Below are positions 38,277 through 48,686 of a stretch of DNA of 64,000 nucleotides, piece after piece. This DNA is from Candidatus Thorarchaeota archaeon. Lineage in GTDB: Archaea; Asgardarchaeota; Thorarchaeia; Thorarchaeales; Thorarchaeaceae. The number at the start of each line of letters is the position of its first letter. Position 1 is the stretch's first letter. A program made the position numbers and the translations under genes. The notes below the pieces were generated by a model. That model worked only from the letters and a program-made list of their open reading frames with translations, made no database searches and was not told the origin of the DNA. The stretch is from assembly GCA_003345545.1 (NCBI GenBank), contig PRDH01000017.1, forward strand, positions 1-64,000, in the 5' to 3' direction.

Positions 38277-39128
38277 CTACTGATGTTTGATGAATGTTCC
38301 GTTCCGATATTCGCGAAAAGCCTGTTCTAGCTCCTCCTGAGTGTTCATGACAATCGGACCGTACCACGCTATTGGCTCACCTATGGGCTTGCCAGATATC
38401 AGTAGGAACCGTAGCTGGCAGTCTTCTGAAGAAACAACGATTTCATCGCCGTCCCCGAAGATTACAAGATGGTCTGATTGAATGATCCTCTCCGTGTCTT
38501 CACTGAAATGGCCCTTGCCTTCAAAGATGTAAACAAACACTGTGTGACCACGCTTTGTGGGATGTCTGAACTCAGTATTTGGCGGCAGTGTAACATCCAA
38601 GTATTCTGGTTGAGTGACAATCTCATGAACTGGACCCACTGTTCCTTCTAGCTCGCCGCAGATGATTTTGACTGAAGCTCCCTTCTTGGTTGTGACCTCT
38701 GGAATATCTGCTTCTTTGATTTCTCTGTAGCGAGGTTTCATCATCTTATGACGACTGGGCAGGTTTGCCCAGAGCTGGAATCCTCTCATAGCTCCGTCCA
38801 CACCTTTAGGCATCTCTTGATGGATAATCCCGCTTCCTGCTGTCATCCACTGACAGTCCCCAGACTCAATTGTCCCGCCATTGCCCATACTGTCCTCATG
38901 ATTTACTTTTCCCTCCAGCATGTATGTAATTGTTTCAATACCTCTGTGCGGGTGCCACGGGAAACCAGCTATGTAGTCATTCGGATTATCTGAACCAAAA
39001 AAATCAAGCAGGAGAAAGGGATCTGTGAGTTGGGTTTCTCGGTTGCTGAAAACTCGTTGCAGTCGAACTCCTGCTCCGTCGGTTGTTGTTCTGCTCTGCA
39101 AGATTGTCTTCACTTGTCGAACTTTCAT
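38277..39128 (-). CDS. Pirin family protein
   Basis: DPFLLLD, GFPWHPHRGIET.TY, H.DS.GN, QWMTAG.GI.H.E, QLW.NLP, GP.VMNT. Confidence 0.95.
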   Translation of the reverse strand: MKVRQVKTILQSRTTTDGAGVRLQRVFSNRETQLTDPFLLLDFFGSDNPNDYIAGFPWHPHRGIETITYMLEGKVNHEDSMGNGGTIESGDCQWMTAGSGIIHQEMPKGVDGAMRGFQLWANLPSRHKMMKPRYREIKEADIPEVTTKKGASVKIICGELEGTVGPVHEIVTQPEYLDVTLPPNTEFRHPTKRGHTVFVYIFEGKGHFSEDTERIIQSDHLVIFGDGDEIVVSSEDCQLRFLLISGKPIGEPIAWYGPIVMNTQEELEQAFREYRNGTFIKHQ

Positions 39129-39345
39129 ACTCTTTCGAATCTCCGAGTAGGGTCAGAATCTGTAATGAGCTGCGACGCCTGTTTTAAGGCTTCCAACACC
39201 GGCAAAAATAAGATGGCCACACAGCATCGGTTTTAGTATGGCGTGAATCTTGATTCTTATATTCATTCGCGAGCATTATGCCTCAGGTTGTTCTCGACCT
39301 CAAGTGGGTCATCCTGGAAGTATCTTAAGAAGCCCGCTATCTCTC

Positions 39346-39385
39346 TCACTGAGGTCCGGGGTCGCCGATTTCCGGACCTCTGTGA
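39346..39385. repeat. Strong intergenic inverted repeat / hairpin
   Basis: TCAC-T-GAGGTCCGG-(12 nt)-CCGGACCTC-T-GTGA. Confidence 0.7.
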
Positions 39386-39486
39386 ATTCAACAATGTCTC
39401 AAATGGCTTTTCCAGACTCTGCCATCTACCAATCGTAATGCATAACAAGCCCCTTTGACTGTGCAATTCTCCCTCAAAGGCTTGGT

Positions 39487-40065
39487 GTGAAGAGCATGTA
39501 CTATGGCGACTTGGTCTGTCTAAGAGCTGTGGAAGCATCAGATGTAGACAACCTAATAGAGTATTACAATCTGCTTGAGCTACGCAGATTCCTTGGTGTG
39601 CCACTTCCTGTGTCGAGAAACTATCTGGAGCAGTGGCTAGCCAAACGTGGCGACTCTGACCCCTGGGCAGACGGTCTGCTGGAGCTGTCAATAACTGACA
39701 AACAGACCCGAGAGTCCATTGGTCTGATTCATCTTGAGCATATTATCAAACCCCATAATAGAGCAGAGTTCGGTATCTCTATTCACAATCCAGACCACTT
39801 GTCTCATGGGTATGGTACTGATGCCATACGAGTGATTCTCTGGGTTGCCTTCAATATACTGGGTCTTCATAGTATCTACTTGGATACAATGGCTGACAAT
39901 GAGAGAGCAATCCATGTCTACGAGAAGGTTGGCTTCAAACGTGTTGGCATCCTCCGTGAGAGCGAATTCCTAGACGGTGACTTCAAGGAGTTGCTGTATA
40001 TGGACATCCTCCGTGATGACTTCGCCAGAGCGAATCCGGGATTCAGTGTCAGAACCAGACCTTGA
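39487..40065 (+). CDS. GNAT acetyltransferase, RimJ/RimL family
   Basis: LRAVE..D, AEFGI.I, GYGT.A, F..LGLH.I.L, N.RAI.VYEK.GFK..G.LR. Confidence 0.9.
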   Translation: MKSMYYGDLVCLRAVEASDVDNLIEYYNLLELRRFLGVPLPVSRNYLEQWLAKRGDSDPWADGLLELSITDKQTRESIGLIHLEHIIKPHNRAEFGISIHNPDHLSHGYGTDAIRVILWVAFNILGLHSIYLDTMADNERAIHVYEKVGFKRVGILRESEFLDGDFKELLYMDILRDDFARANPGFSVRTRP

Positions 40066-40129
40066 CCGGGCACTGTAGGACTTGAGCACACGCAGAACTG
40101 CGTCAGCTACATGCTGTTCTCTACTTCAT

Positions 40130-40573
40130 TCATATGACCCTTTCATGTGGGCTACGCGGCGATTTCTCTCCCAGGCCCGAAACATGAATGTCTTTCCATT
40201 TTCCCTGCATTTTCAGGTATTCTGCTTTCTCAGCTGCATCATGCAGTTCTTCTACTATTGCGAAACATTCGCCATTTGATTTCCATATAGGATAGATGTA
40301 TTCGTAAAGCATTCGACCCTTGAAGTTGACCCACCCCTCATAGTGGTCCATGACTCTGTTTCTGAGGTCTGAGATCATCTTAGCAACAGGAACCTCAGAC
40401 ACCTTGCCATGGCATCGCATTATGGAAGACCCAATCCTACTCTCTGGTTCCTGCTGAAGCATTTCTCCAGCAAGTCTGTTGAAGAGGATTATGCGGTTGT
40501 CATTGTCAACGACGACAACTCCAATACTCAAATTACTTGTCACATTCTTCAAGACATCGAGTGAATCTTTCAC
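40130..40573 (-). CDS. Stand-alone PAS domain protein
   Basis: GVVVVD...RI..FN..A, IG.SI..CH, PI....GE. Confidence 0.8.
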   Translation of the reverse strand: MKDSLDVLKNVTSNLSIGVVVVDNDNRIILFNRLAGEMLQQEPESRIGSSIMRCHGKVSEVPVAKMISDLRNRVMDHYEGWVNFKGRMLYEYIYPIWKSNGECFAIVEELHDAAEKAEYLKMQGKWKDIHVSGLGEKSPRSPHERVI

Positions 40574-40739
40574 AGCGCTATCGCCTATAGCTTGGCTGTA
40601 GTGCCATTAGATAACATTACTGGTGCATCAGCATGGCGCTTCGGTAAATTCAAATGACTAGCCGCATACCTCAAGGGCAGTTAGGAGGTTCAATGCGATC
40701 AGCGCGCCACCCAATTCATCTGTCGAATTTGATAAGAAC

Positions 40740-42308
40740 ATGTATCTTGATATCCTCCGAGAGGACCCACCCCTAAAGCGGTTCGTTTCTCGAGGTGACA
40801 TGAGAGATGATATCGATATTCCAAATCCTCACAAGAGCGCGGATCGCGCGATTCTAAAAGTCGTAAGGTTCACCATGAAGGATTCTACCCCGCGCTTCCA
40901 GCCTATATTGGGCAACGCTGGAATTGGAAAGACGCACCTGTACTGGGCTCTGAAGGATCAGGAGGATTACTTCTCGGCTGGCAGATTCCTTGCTGTGTAT
41001 GTTCCTTCACCCCCTTCGCCCGTTCGAGTTCCGCTTCATCTGCATGCCTGCATTGTCGATGAGGCTGGTGACCGGCTCTTTGAACAGGCTATTGATATGC
41101 TGATAATGAAGTTTGGAGGAGTGAAGGGTGTATCTCATGATATGTATGACTATACCTACGCCTTCGAGAGATTATTGATCGACTATCCTGGCATCTCTGC
41201 AGACGTTGTCAAAGCTCTTCTGAGGTATCGCCTCGATCCTGCAACCCGAGATTTGGCCAGACGATGGTTGCTTGGAGACGCAATGAGCGACGATGACCTT
41301 GAGCATCTTGGAGTCCGCACCATTCTAGAGGAGGATGATGTTACTCTGGCAACGATCAAGCTCTTGGCAGAGGGCTCAGATGTACCTCTCCTTCTCTTTG
41401 TGGATGAGATGGAAGGACCTTACAACACCTATGGAGAAGTAGGTGAGCGTCACTTCCTAGAGGTTCTGAAAAGAATCTACAACGAATCAAAGAACATTGT
41501 ACTCGTGGCTTCTTGCCTGACAGACGTATGGCAACGGATCTATAGTACTGCAGATGGACCGATGAGGTCTCGAATGGAGCCACCTGTGGAACTAGCGCCT
41601 TTCTCCCGCGATGATGTATCAGCTTTTGTCAAGGAAACTATGGCCCGATATTGGAAACTGCAGAATGTGGAGGCCCCTCCATCAGCGCTATTACCATTCG
41701 ATGAGAGTGACATAGATGAAGCGTTCCAACGCTCCAATGGAATTCCAAGAGAGGTAATCAAACAGCTCATTCCGAAATTGGATGCGCTGTTGTCCAGTAA
41801 GCCGACAGAGGAAGTTGCCGCGCAAGATGATCACGTAATCAAGCTCACAGCGAATGTCTTAACGAACTCGATAGTCGAAGCCCTCACTCTTGCTGGAGCA
41901 CCTCTTGGAATTGGTGTCCATCTTCAGACGACGTCAGACGATAGCCAGAAACAGAGGGCCGCAATTGTTGAGTTGTCCAAGGGAGAATCAATTCGGCATA
42001 TCGGGATTGATCTTCCAAATGCAAAAGATTGGGATCGCAGCGGCGGAGTCACTGCCTTCTACGCAGGAAAACGACTCAAGATCATTCTGGATGATAGCAC
42101 AGTGAAGCGTGCTATCATTGCAGTACCTGCCGCAACCAAGGGCGCCAAGTTCAATTCTCTCGTTGGAGAGATTAGTTCCAAGTTGCTTGTCCTTCGCATG
42201 GATAATGAGACTGCGATATCACTGGTTCAGGATACTAGCAACAGCAAACTACCTCATGGGTATGCCGAGGTTTTCACAAGCTTTGTGGACGCTCTATTTG
42301 AGGAATGA
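40740..42308 (+). CDS. P-loop (AAA+-like) ATPase with C-terminal alpha/beta domain
   Basis: Walker A GNAGIGKT, Walker B LLLFVDEME, RSR, L.PF, S.G.PR. Confidence 0.8.
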   Translation: MYLDILREDPPLKRFVSRGDMRDDIDIPNPHKSADRAILKVVRFTMKDSTPRFQPILGNAGIGKTHLYWALKDQEDYFSAGRFLAVYVPSPPSPVRVPLHLHACIVDEAGDRLFEQAIDMLIMKFGGVKGVSHDMYDYTYAFERLLIDYPGISADVVKALLRYRLDPATRDLARRWLLGDAMSDDDLEHLGVRTILEEDDVTLATIKLLAEGSDVPLLLFVDEMEGPYNTYGEVGERHFLEVLKRIYNESKNIVLVASCLTDVWQRIYSTADGPMRSRMEPPVELAPFSRDDVSAFVKETMARYWKLQNVEAPPSALLPFDESDIDEAFQRSNGIPREVIKQLIPKLDALLSSKPTEEVAAQDDHVIKLTANVLTNSIVEALTLAGAPLGIGVHLQTTSDDSQKQRAAIVELSKGESIRHIGIDLPNAKDWDRSGGVTAFYAGKRLKIILDDSTVKRAIIAVPAATKGAKFNSLVGEISSKLLVLRMDNETAISLVQDTSNSKLPHGYAEVFTSFVDALFEE

Positions 42309-42414
42309 ACCTCCCCAGCGATCTGCTTCGGAACGGGTGAATTCCCAAAGTAGTCGGCATTGGAATAGCATCTGCAATCTGTGTCAAGAAGACGCAAGGA
42401 TAGGTACTAGTTAA

Positions 42415-42981
42415 CTAGAGTTGTGCGACTGGTTCTTGAGAGGGTGGTTTCTTCTCTTCTTTCTTGTTCTTGGAGAGAAACTCCGGTAGAATCAGCAATG
42501 CGGCAAAGACTACAATCACTATAGCGATGCCGTATGGCTCATGAAGGAACAGCGTCACATAGCCTAGATACGGGATTGCCAGAATCACTACGCCAACTAT
42601 ATCCTCGTAGAGACGATAGCCCGGATCCCTGATAGAATTGTTGTCACCCTGAGTATAGTAGTGATACTCACTTCCAACAAGCTGCCTTTCAACGACTCTG
42701 TGTACGATTGGCTTGTTATGCCAATCTGCATTGTAGACGACGATATCTCCTACGTCGATAGCTTCTGGAGATTGTGCCTGAAGAATTAGCAAATCGCCCC
42801 TGTTTAGAGTTGGAATCATCGATTCACTTTCGACGACAACAAGGGGACTTGATGTTCCCATGATTAGAGCGAAAGCACCATAGGCGCCTAGAGTGGCACC
42901 GACGACTATCAGAATTACGAATGCGGTCTTTACAAGTTCCGACCGTTCATTCCATTTCAGGGCTTGACGTGCTCTCTCCAT
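42415..42981 (-). CDS. sec11: Signal peptidase I, archaeal/ER (Sec11) type
   Basis: V.SESM.P.L..GDL, GDIVVY, IVHRV, TQGDNN...D, IPYLG. Confidence 0.9.
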   Translation of the reverse strand: MERARQALKWNERSELVKTAFVILIVVGATLGAYGAFALIMGTSSPLVVVESESMIPTLNRGDLLILQAQSPEAIDVGDIVVYNADWHNKPIVHRVVERQLVGSEYHYYTQGDNNSIRDPGYRLYEDIVGVVILAIPYLGYVTLFLHEPYGIAIVIVVFAALLILPEFLSKNKKEEKKPPSQEPVAQL

Positions 42982-43040
42982 GATGCGAACTCCGCATTCA
43001 GCCTTTTAGCTGTTCTAATAAAACTGACGAACAAGGCGTT

Positions 43041-43520
43041 TTAATGCATCCATTTTCTTGACGCAGAATTGATGATGCTCAGAACATCAACTGCTTCAGC
43101 TCGCATGTCCGGTTCCCAGTTTCGAACATCCTCTACCTTCTTTACACCTTTTGATTTTGCCAAGAACTCCTTGATTATTCGAAGTCTATTCTCCTCTGCC
43201 TTAGCTGCACGCATCGCATCTGCCCCAGATGGGTATCCACCAGTTGGTATGTCACTCGTGGAAATGACGTACCAAGTGTTCTCTGCCACCTTGGTCACTA
43301 CTATTTCGGGAGGACAGGGTTTGATGTCTTCTTCAAAGAGAATGGAGTCTCCTATACTAACGTCTTCTCCAGGCTTCCTTCTTCCGCCATTGGACGTAAC
43401 AAGAGTTTCACTGAACTCGAACAAAACCTTCGCAGCGGCTTTTCTGATGATGTCCAGGGAAGCTTGAACAATTATTCCTTCACTTGTATCGAGTTTCCTG
43501 TTATCAGATTGTCCTTTCAT
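43041..43520 (-). CDS. Hypothetical protein
   Basis: ORF from ATG 43520 (GGTG upstream); no motif recognised. Confidence 0.6.
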   Translation of the reverse strand: MKGQSDNRKLDTSEGIIVQASLDIIRKAAAKVLFEFSETLVTSNGGRRKPGEDVSIGDSILFEEDIKPCPPEIVVTKVAENTWYVISTSDIPTGGYPSGADAMRAAKAEENRLRIIKEFLAKSKGVKKVEDVRNWEPDMRAEAVDVLSIINSASRKWMH

Positions 43521-43696
43521 AAGGTGCACCACGTTTTCACAACATGCCTTGGGTTTAACCTTTTGGCTTGTTATTCGGGGACTCTCGAAGCAGCAGACCT
43601 CATCTCTTAAAAGACGAGTCTGGGCAGGTTTCTGTGATTCCACATGGCGGGATGAAAGCCCGGAAGGCTCAAGAACCCCCTCAGGAGGATCGAAAC

Positions 43697-45283
43697 TTGT
43701 ATTCGCGGAAGCCCGCAGGTAGGTCAGATGTCCTTGCTAGACAGGGAGTCGTCGCATCCTCACAACCCCTCGCGACGCAGGCAGGTCTTGAGATTATACG
43801 GAGGGGTGGAAATGCCATCGATGCGGCAGTGACCACAGCTGCAGTTCTGGATGTTGTAGAACCTTTTAGTACTGGTTGCGGAGGCGATGCCTTCGCACTG
43901 ATTCACCTTCCTGGAAGAAATCGACCGATCAGTATCAACGGCTCAGGGAGATCTGGTTCACTCGTTAGGCTAGATGACCTGCTAGAAAAGGCATGGACGT
44001 CAATGCCGCTGAGGAGTGGTGCCCCAGTCACCGTTCCAGGTGCAATGCATTTGTGGTTTCACTTGGTAGAAACCTATGGAGCCCTCGAGATGAGTGACGT
44101 GCTAGCTCCCGCAATTCAATATGCACGTGATGGCTTTCCGGTTTCGTCTCTGATTGCCCAAACGTGGTCGAAGCTGGTAGACGTACTTATCAATGATGAT
44201 GCCAGAAAGACCTACACCATCGATGGTCGGGCTCCCAGACTGGGCGAGACGATGCGGAATCCTGACCTTGCACGAACATTCGAGATGGTGGCTGCTGAGG
44301 GGTTGCAGTCATTCTATTCGGGGAAGATTGCAGACGCCATTGTTACCACAGTTCAGGAACATGGTGGATTTCTCACTCTTGAAGACCTTCAATCACACAC
44401 GACCCAAGAAACCTCTCCTGTTTCCACGAGTTACCGCGGAATGGATATCTTTGAGCATCCTCCAAATGGCCAAGGATTTGCCGCGCTCGTCATGCTCAAC
44501 CTCATGGAGCAGTTTGATTTCTCAGAATGCGCCTCTCTCTCTGCACAGCGATATCATCTCATGATAGAAGCGAAGAAGCTTGCCTATGCAGACCTACACC
44601 AACACAATGCAGACCCTTCCTTCTATAGTGTGCCCATGGACGAGCTGCTTTCCAAGGAATACGCGCGTGAACGATCGAAGCTTATCGACAAGACAGCTTC
44701 AATGACCGAGTATACATCGGGAATTCCTGTAGGTGGAGATACAGTGTATTTTGCAGCTGCGGATGGAGAGGGAAGAGCGGTATCATTCATCAACAGCCTG
44801 TACATGGGCTTTGGCAGTGGCCTAGTCGTTCCTGGCACCGGAATCAAACTTCAGAACAGAGGCAATCTATTCTCATTGGATCCGGGACACCCAAACTGCT
44901 ATGCACCTAAGAAACTTCCATTCCATACTATCATTCCTGGGGCACTCTACCGCGATGGTGATCTTGCCGGCGTATTCGGTATAATGGGTGGCGCACATCA
45001 AGCTCAGGCACATGCCCAGTTCGTGGGCAATCTCGTTGACTATGAGATGAAGCCACAGGCCGCCCTCGATCATCCCCGTTTCAACCATAGCCAAGAGAGA
45101 AACCTCGTGGCTCTGGAGAATGCAATTCCCCCTAGTGCAAGAAGCGAGCTTCGTCGTCTTGGCCATGTCATAGTACGTGAAGCAGCATCAGTTTTTGGTG
45201 GTGGTCAGGCTATTCTTCGGATTGAGGACTCCTGGATTGCCGGCTCCGACCACAGAAAGGACGGACAAGCTGCTGGATTCTAG
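43697..45283 (+). CDS. ggt: Gamma-glutamyltransferase
   Basis: GGNAIDAA, TGCGGD.F, VTVPG, PPNGQG, DT nucleophile, GFGSG, NRG, HTIIP, GIMGG..Q.Q, D.RKDG; TTG start with AGGAGG upstream. Confidence 0.9.
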   Translation: MYSRKPAGRSDVLARQGVVASSQPLATQAGLEIIRRGGNAIDAAVTTAAVLDVVEPFSTGCGGDAFALIHLPGRNRPISINGSGRSGSLVRLDDLLEKAWTSMPLRSGAPVTVPGAMHLWFHLVETYGALEMSDVLAPAIQYARDGFPVSSLIAQTWSKLVDVLINDDARKTYTIDGRAPRLGETMRNPDLARTFEMVAAEGLQSFYSGKIADAIVTTVQEHGGFLTLEDLQSHTTQETSPVSTSYRGMDIFEHPPNGQGFAALVMLNLMEQFDFSECASLSAQRYHLMIEAKKLAYADLHQHNADPSFYSVPMDELLSKEYARERSKLIDKTASMTEYTSGIPVGGDTVYFAAADGEGRAVSFINSLYMGFGSGLVVPGTGIKLQNRGNLFSLDPGHPNCYAPKKLPFHTIIPGALYRDGDLAGVFGIMGGAHQAQAHAQFVGNLVDYEMKPQAALDHPRFNHSQERNLVALENAIPPSARSELRRLGHVIVREAASVFGGGQAILRIEDSWIAGSDHRKDGQAAGF

Positions 45284-45326
45284 AATCCCTACCAAGAAAT
45301 TAATCAACTCAGCGCGTATTACACTG

Positions 45327-46796
45327 ATGTCTGCTTTGGTGATGGAATTGAGTGGAGAAGAAGGTGAATTCCGGGAAGAAAGAGACCTACTTGGGACGAG
45401 ACGGATCCCAAGAAGCGCATATTGGGGAATCCAGACTCTCCGTGCCCAAGAAAACTTTGGTGTATCACAGGTCGGCCTCTACAAATATCCCACCCTTGTT
45501 GTAGCGATGGCGATGGTGAAGAAGGCATGCGCACTGGCGAATCTTGACCTTGGACATCTCAGTCCTGACTACGCGGAAGCTATCGTGAATGCTTGTGACG
45601 AGATCATTGGGGGAGGCCTCCTCGACCAATTCATTGTCGATATGCTTCAGGGCGGCGCTGGTACCTCCACGAATATGTGCGTGAATGAGGTGATTGCCTC
45701 GCGAGCTAATGAGATGCTTGGAGAGCAACGCAACTCAATGACACCCATATCATCCCATGATCACGTCAATCTCTCTCAGTCTACGAACGATGTCTATCCA
45801 ACAGCTATTAAGATTGCGACGATTTACGGATTGAGAGAACTGTCAGCGGGTCTCACTAGACTGATTGACGCTTTGGATGAGAAGTCTACCGAGTTCAAAG
45901 ATATACTGAAGCTCGGTCGGACTGAGATGCAGGATGCAGTCCCTATTACTCTAGGGCAGGAATTCTCGGCGTGGTCTAGTGCTCTGAAGAGGGACCTCCA
46001 GCGAATCACTGCCGCCAAGGAAGTCTTGAAGACTCACAACATTGGTGCAACAGCAATTGGCACATCGTTGAACGCAGATCCGGAATACATCGAACTTGCT
46101 GAGAAGCACCTTATCGAAGTGACTGGTATTCAGGAGCTCACGACAGCTGAGAATCTCATTGACGACACTCAAAATTCTGATGAGTTTGTCCATGCATCAG
46201 GACTGCTTCGAGTCCTTGCGACCAATCTCGGTAAGATCTGCGGCGATCTCATCTTGTTGTCCTCTGGGCCAGTTGGCGGATTTCACGAGGTCATACTTCC
46301 ACCAGTCCAGCCAGGTTCATCTATCATGCCTGGAAAAGTGAATCCAGTTATTCCTGAAATGGTCACACAAGTGGCATTTCAGGTCATGGGGCACGATCTT
46401 GTTATCACCATAGCGTCACAGGCGGGTCAGTTGGAGCTGAATGCATTCGAACCGGTCATAGCCTATAATTTCTTTCAGGCATTGAAAGTCCTGAAGAATG
46501 CAATTCCGATTCTTACAGAAAAATGCATTAAAGGCATCAAACCCAACCCCGCAGGTCTGGATATTGTTCATCGCAGTATCGGTCTGGTCACAGCCCTCAA
46601 TCCAATCTTGGGGTACGAGGCATCAACGCGTATAGCAAAGAAGGCACTAGACACAGGTCGTCCTATTCGCGAGATTGTCCTACAGGAGGGGCTCCTGGAT
46701 GAGAAGTGGTTGGACCTCATACTCTCGCCCAAACGTATGACACAAGCAGGAAACGTTGGTCATAGGCATTCCAAAAAGACCGACGATAGCTCATGA
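45327..46796 (+). CDS. aspA: Aspartate ammonia-lyase
   Basis: YWGIQT.RA..NF, QGGAGTSTNM..NEVIA, SQSTND.YPT, GRT.MQDAVP, GSSIMPGKVNPVIPE. Confidence 0.9.
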   Translation: MSALVMELSGEEGEFREERDLLGTRRIPRSAYWGIQTLRAQENFGVSQVGLYKYPTLVVAMAMVKKACALANLDLGHLSPDYAEAIVNACDEIIGGGLLDQFIVDMLQGGAGTSTNMCVNEVIASRANEMLGEQRNSMTPISSHDHVNLSQSTNDVYPTAIKIATIYGLRELSAGLTRLIDALDEKSTEFKDILKLGRTEMQDAVPITLGQEFSAWSSALKRDLQRITAAKEVLKTHNIGATAIGTSLNADPEYIELAEKHLIEVTGIQELTTAENLIDDTQNSDEFVHASGLLRVLATNLGKICGDLILLSSGPVGGFHEVILPPVQPGSSIMPGKVNPVIPEMVTQVAFQVMGHDLVITIASQAGQLELNAFEPVIAYNFFQALKVLKNAIPILTEKCIKGIKPNPAGLDIVHRSIGLVTALNPILGYEASTRIAKKALDTGRPIREIVLQEGLLDEKWLDLILSPKRMTQAGNVGHRHSKKTDDSS

Positions 46797-46801
46797 GAGA
46801 T

Positions 46802-48412
46802 TTAGGTGTTCTTGATGACATCGTACGCGATGTTATCGGCATGGTCACCCACTCTCTCAAGATTTCGCAGGGTTTCCACAAATATCTGGTCGGCCTGAGG
46901 ATCGCATATTCCCTCTCGCATACGTGTAATATGAGATTCCTTGAGCCTTCGCTCCAGATTGTCCACTCTGTCCTCAAGTCTCTCCGCCTTGGCTGCTAAT
47001 TCCTTGTCCTTAGTCTTGAGCGACTCAATGGCGGTCCAATAGGTCTCCTCAGCGAGGTCGAACATCTGCTTTAGGTCACTGACTCCCTGATCTGAGAATG
47101 TCACACCGCTATTCAGTTTGTAAATGACGAACTCTCCGATATTCAATGTCAAGTCCCCGACACGCTCGACATCTGTGAGGATGGCCAGCAGCTTGACTCT
47201 CCAGATGATTTCCTCCTGATTGAGCTCTTCCTCTCTGATTCTGTCTATGAAATCTTCTGTGGACCGACAGGCTTCATCGACCTCATCTTCAAGTAGCATG
47301 ACCTTTTTTGCATCTTCGAGGCTTCTATTGAGGAGAGCATTCTTGCTGAGAAGTATCATTTCAATTGTCTTCTCGGCTGTCCTAATCGTTTCACGTTCTG
47401 CCTCCATCAAGGCCAAGACGGGATAGTGCAGCATCTCATCATCGAAGAAGTGCTTTCCAATCACTTCTCCTTCCTTGTCTGGAATCAGTTTCTCGCAGAG
47501 CTTAACAAGAGGCCCGACCAGAGGAACAAAAAGGAAGCTCACAATGACATTGAATATCGTATGTGCGTTAGCTATTTGATGAGTGAGTTCAGGCGATGTA
47601 GCCATGACTAGGTTTGTATAATACCCCAGGAATGGCAAGAATATGGCCACTCCCGTGACGTTAATGAGCGCCTGAGCCACTGCTGTTCGTTTTGCCGGGC
47701 TCGTAGCTCCTACTCCCGCAAACAGTTCTAGAAAACACGTTCCAATGTTGGCACCCAAGACAATCGCAATTCCAGGACCTAGATCTATCGCACCCACCGC
47801 TCCCATCGCGATGACAAGACTGACTGCTGCAGCGCTAGCCTGTGTGATTCCTGCGATGAGCGCACCGATCAGAATTCCGAGTATCGGTATTGCTGCGTAT
47901 TCATTGATGAGGTTTCTGAAGAACGGATATTCTGTTGTGAGTGGATATGCTCCATCCTTCATGAACTCCATTGATAAGAACAGGAGACCGAGACTGAAGA
48001 TGACGGTCCCAACTAGCTTTACTTTTTCCCTCTTTGAAAGCAGCTTCATGAAGAAACCTGAAGCTATGAGAGGCCAAAACATGCCACCGATACTGAATGA
48101 AACGAGCTGAGCGACCGCAGTTGTTCCTATTTCTGCTCCCAGTATCATATTGACTGACTGTCTAAATGTCATTATACCTGCATTAACAAAACCAATCAAT
48201 GTTAAAACCGTAATACTAGAACTCTGAGTCATGACAGTCGCAGCCGCACCTGCAGCCATGCCTCGAAGTGGATCATTACTCACTTTTTCTAGAACTTTGG
48301 CAACAGCCTTTCCAGAGATTTTACCAAGGGTTTCTCTGAGAAGATTGATACTGAACATGAATAGAGCTAGACCGCCGACAATCTCGAATACTATGAACCA
48401 AATCTCTGCCAT
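46802..48412 (-). CDS. Na+/phosphate cotransporter family protein with PhoU domains
   Basis: QSSS and QASAA repeats, GA.IGT twice, QIANAHT.FN; two ER.GD PhoU repeats. Confidence 0.9.
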   Translation of the reverse strand: MAEIWFIVFEIVGGLALFMFSINLLRETLGKISGKAVAKVLEKVSNDPLRGMAAGAAATVMTQSSSITVLTLIGFVNAGIMTFRQSVNMILGAEIGTTAVAQLVSFSIGGMFWPLIASGFFMKLLSKREKVKLVGTVIFSLGLLFLSMEFMKDGAYPLTTEYPFFRNLINEYAAIPILGILIGALIAGITQASAAAVSLVIAMGAVGAIDLGPGIAIVLGANIGTCFLELFAGVGATSPAKRTAVAQALINVTGVAIFLPFLGYYTNLVMATSPELTHQIANAHTIFNVIVSFLFVPLVGPLVKLCEKLIPDKEGEVIGKHFFDDEMLHYPVLALMEAERETIRTAEKTIEMILLSKNALLNRSLEDAKKVMLLEDEVDEACRSTEDFIDRIREEELNQEEIIWRVKLLAILTDVERVGDLTLNIGEFVIYKLNSGVTFSDQGVSDLKQMFDLAEETYWTAIESLKTKDKELAAKAERLEDRVDNLERRLKESHITRMREGICDPQADQIFVETLRNLERVGDHADNIAYDVIKNT

Positions 48413-48686
48413 TTCTAACGGGTGCCGCTCACGGTAAAGGCTGCATATGAGTTTTCTGGGTCGCCCAATTCCCCATCATAGAAGTAGAAACACCTAATGA
48501 TACCAGTGGAGAGCGCGTGACTCGCTGGCTGTGGTCCTTTTGAGCGATGCAGTGGCATCCTCGAGAATCTACCTTCATTTCACTCAGAGCACTCTACCCA
48601 TCACTCGATTGAGTATTTCGGATTCCGAGTAGCAGAGCTTGGATCTAATCCTATCAACAACTGCATGGACTAAAGCTTATCACTAG

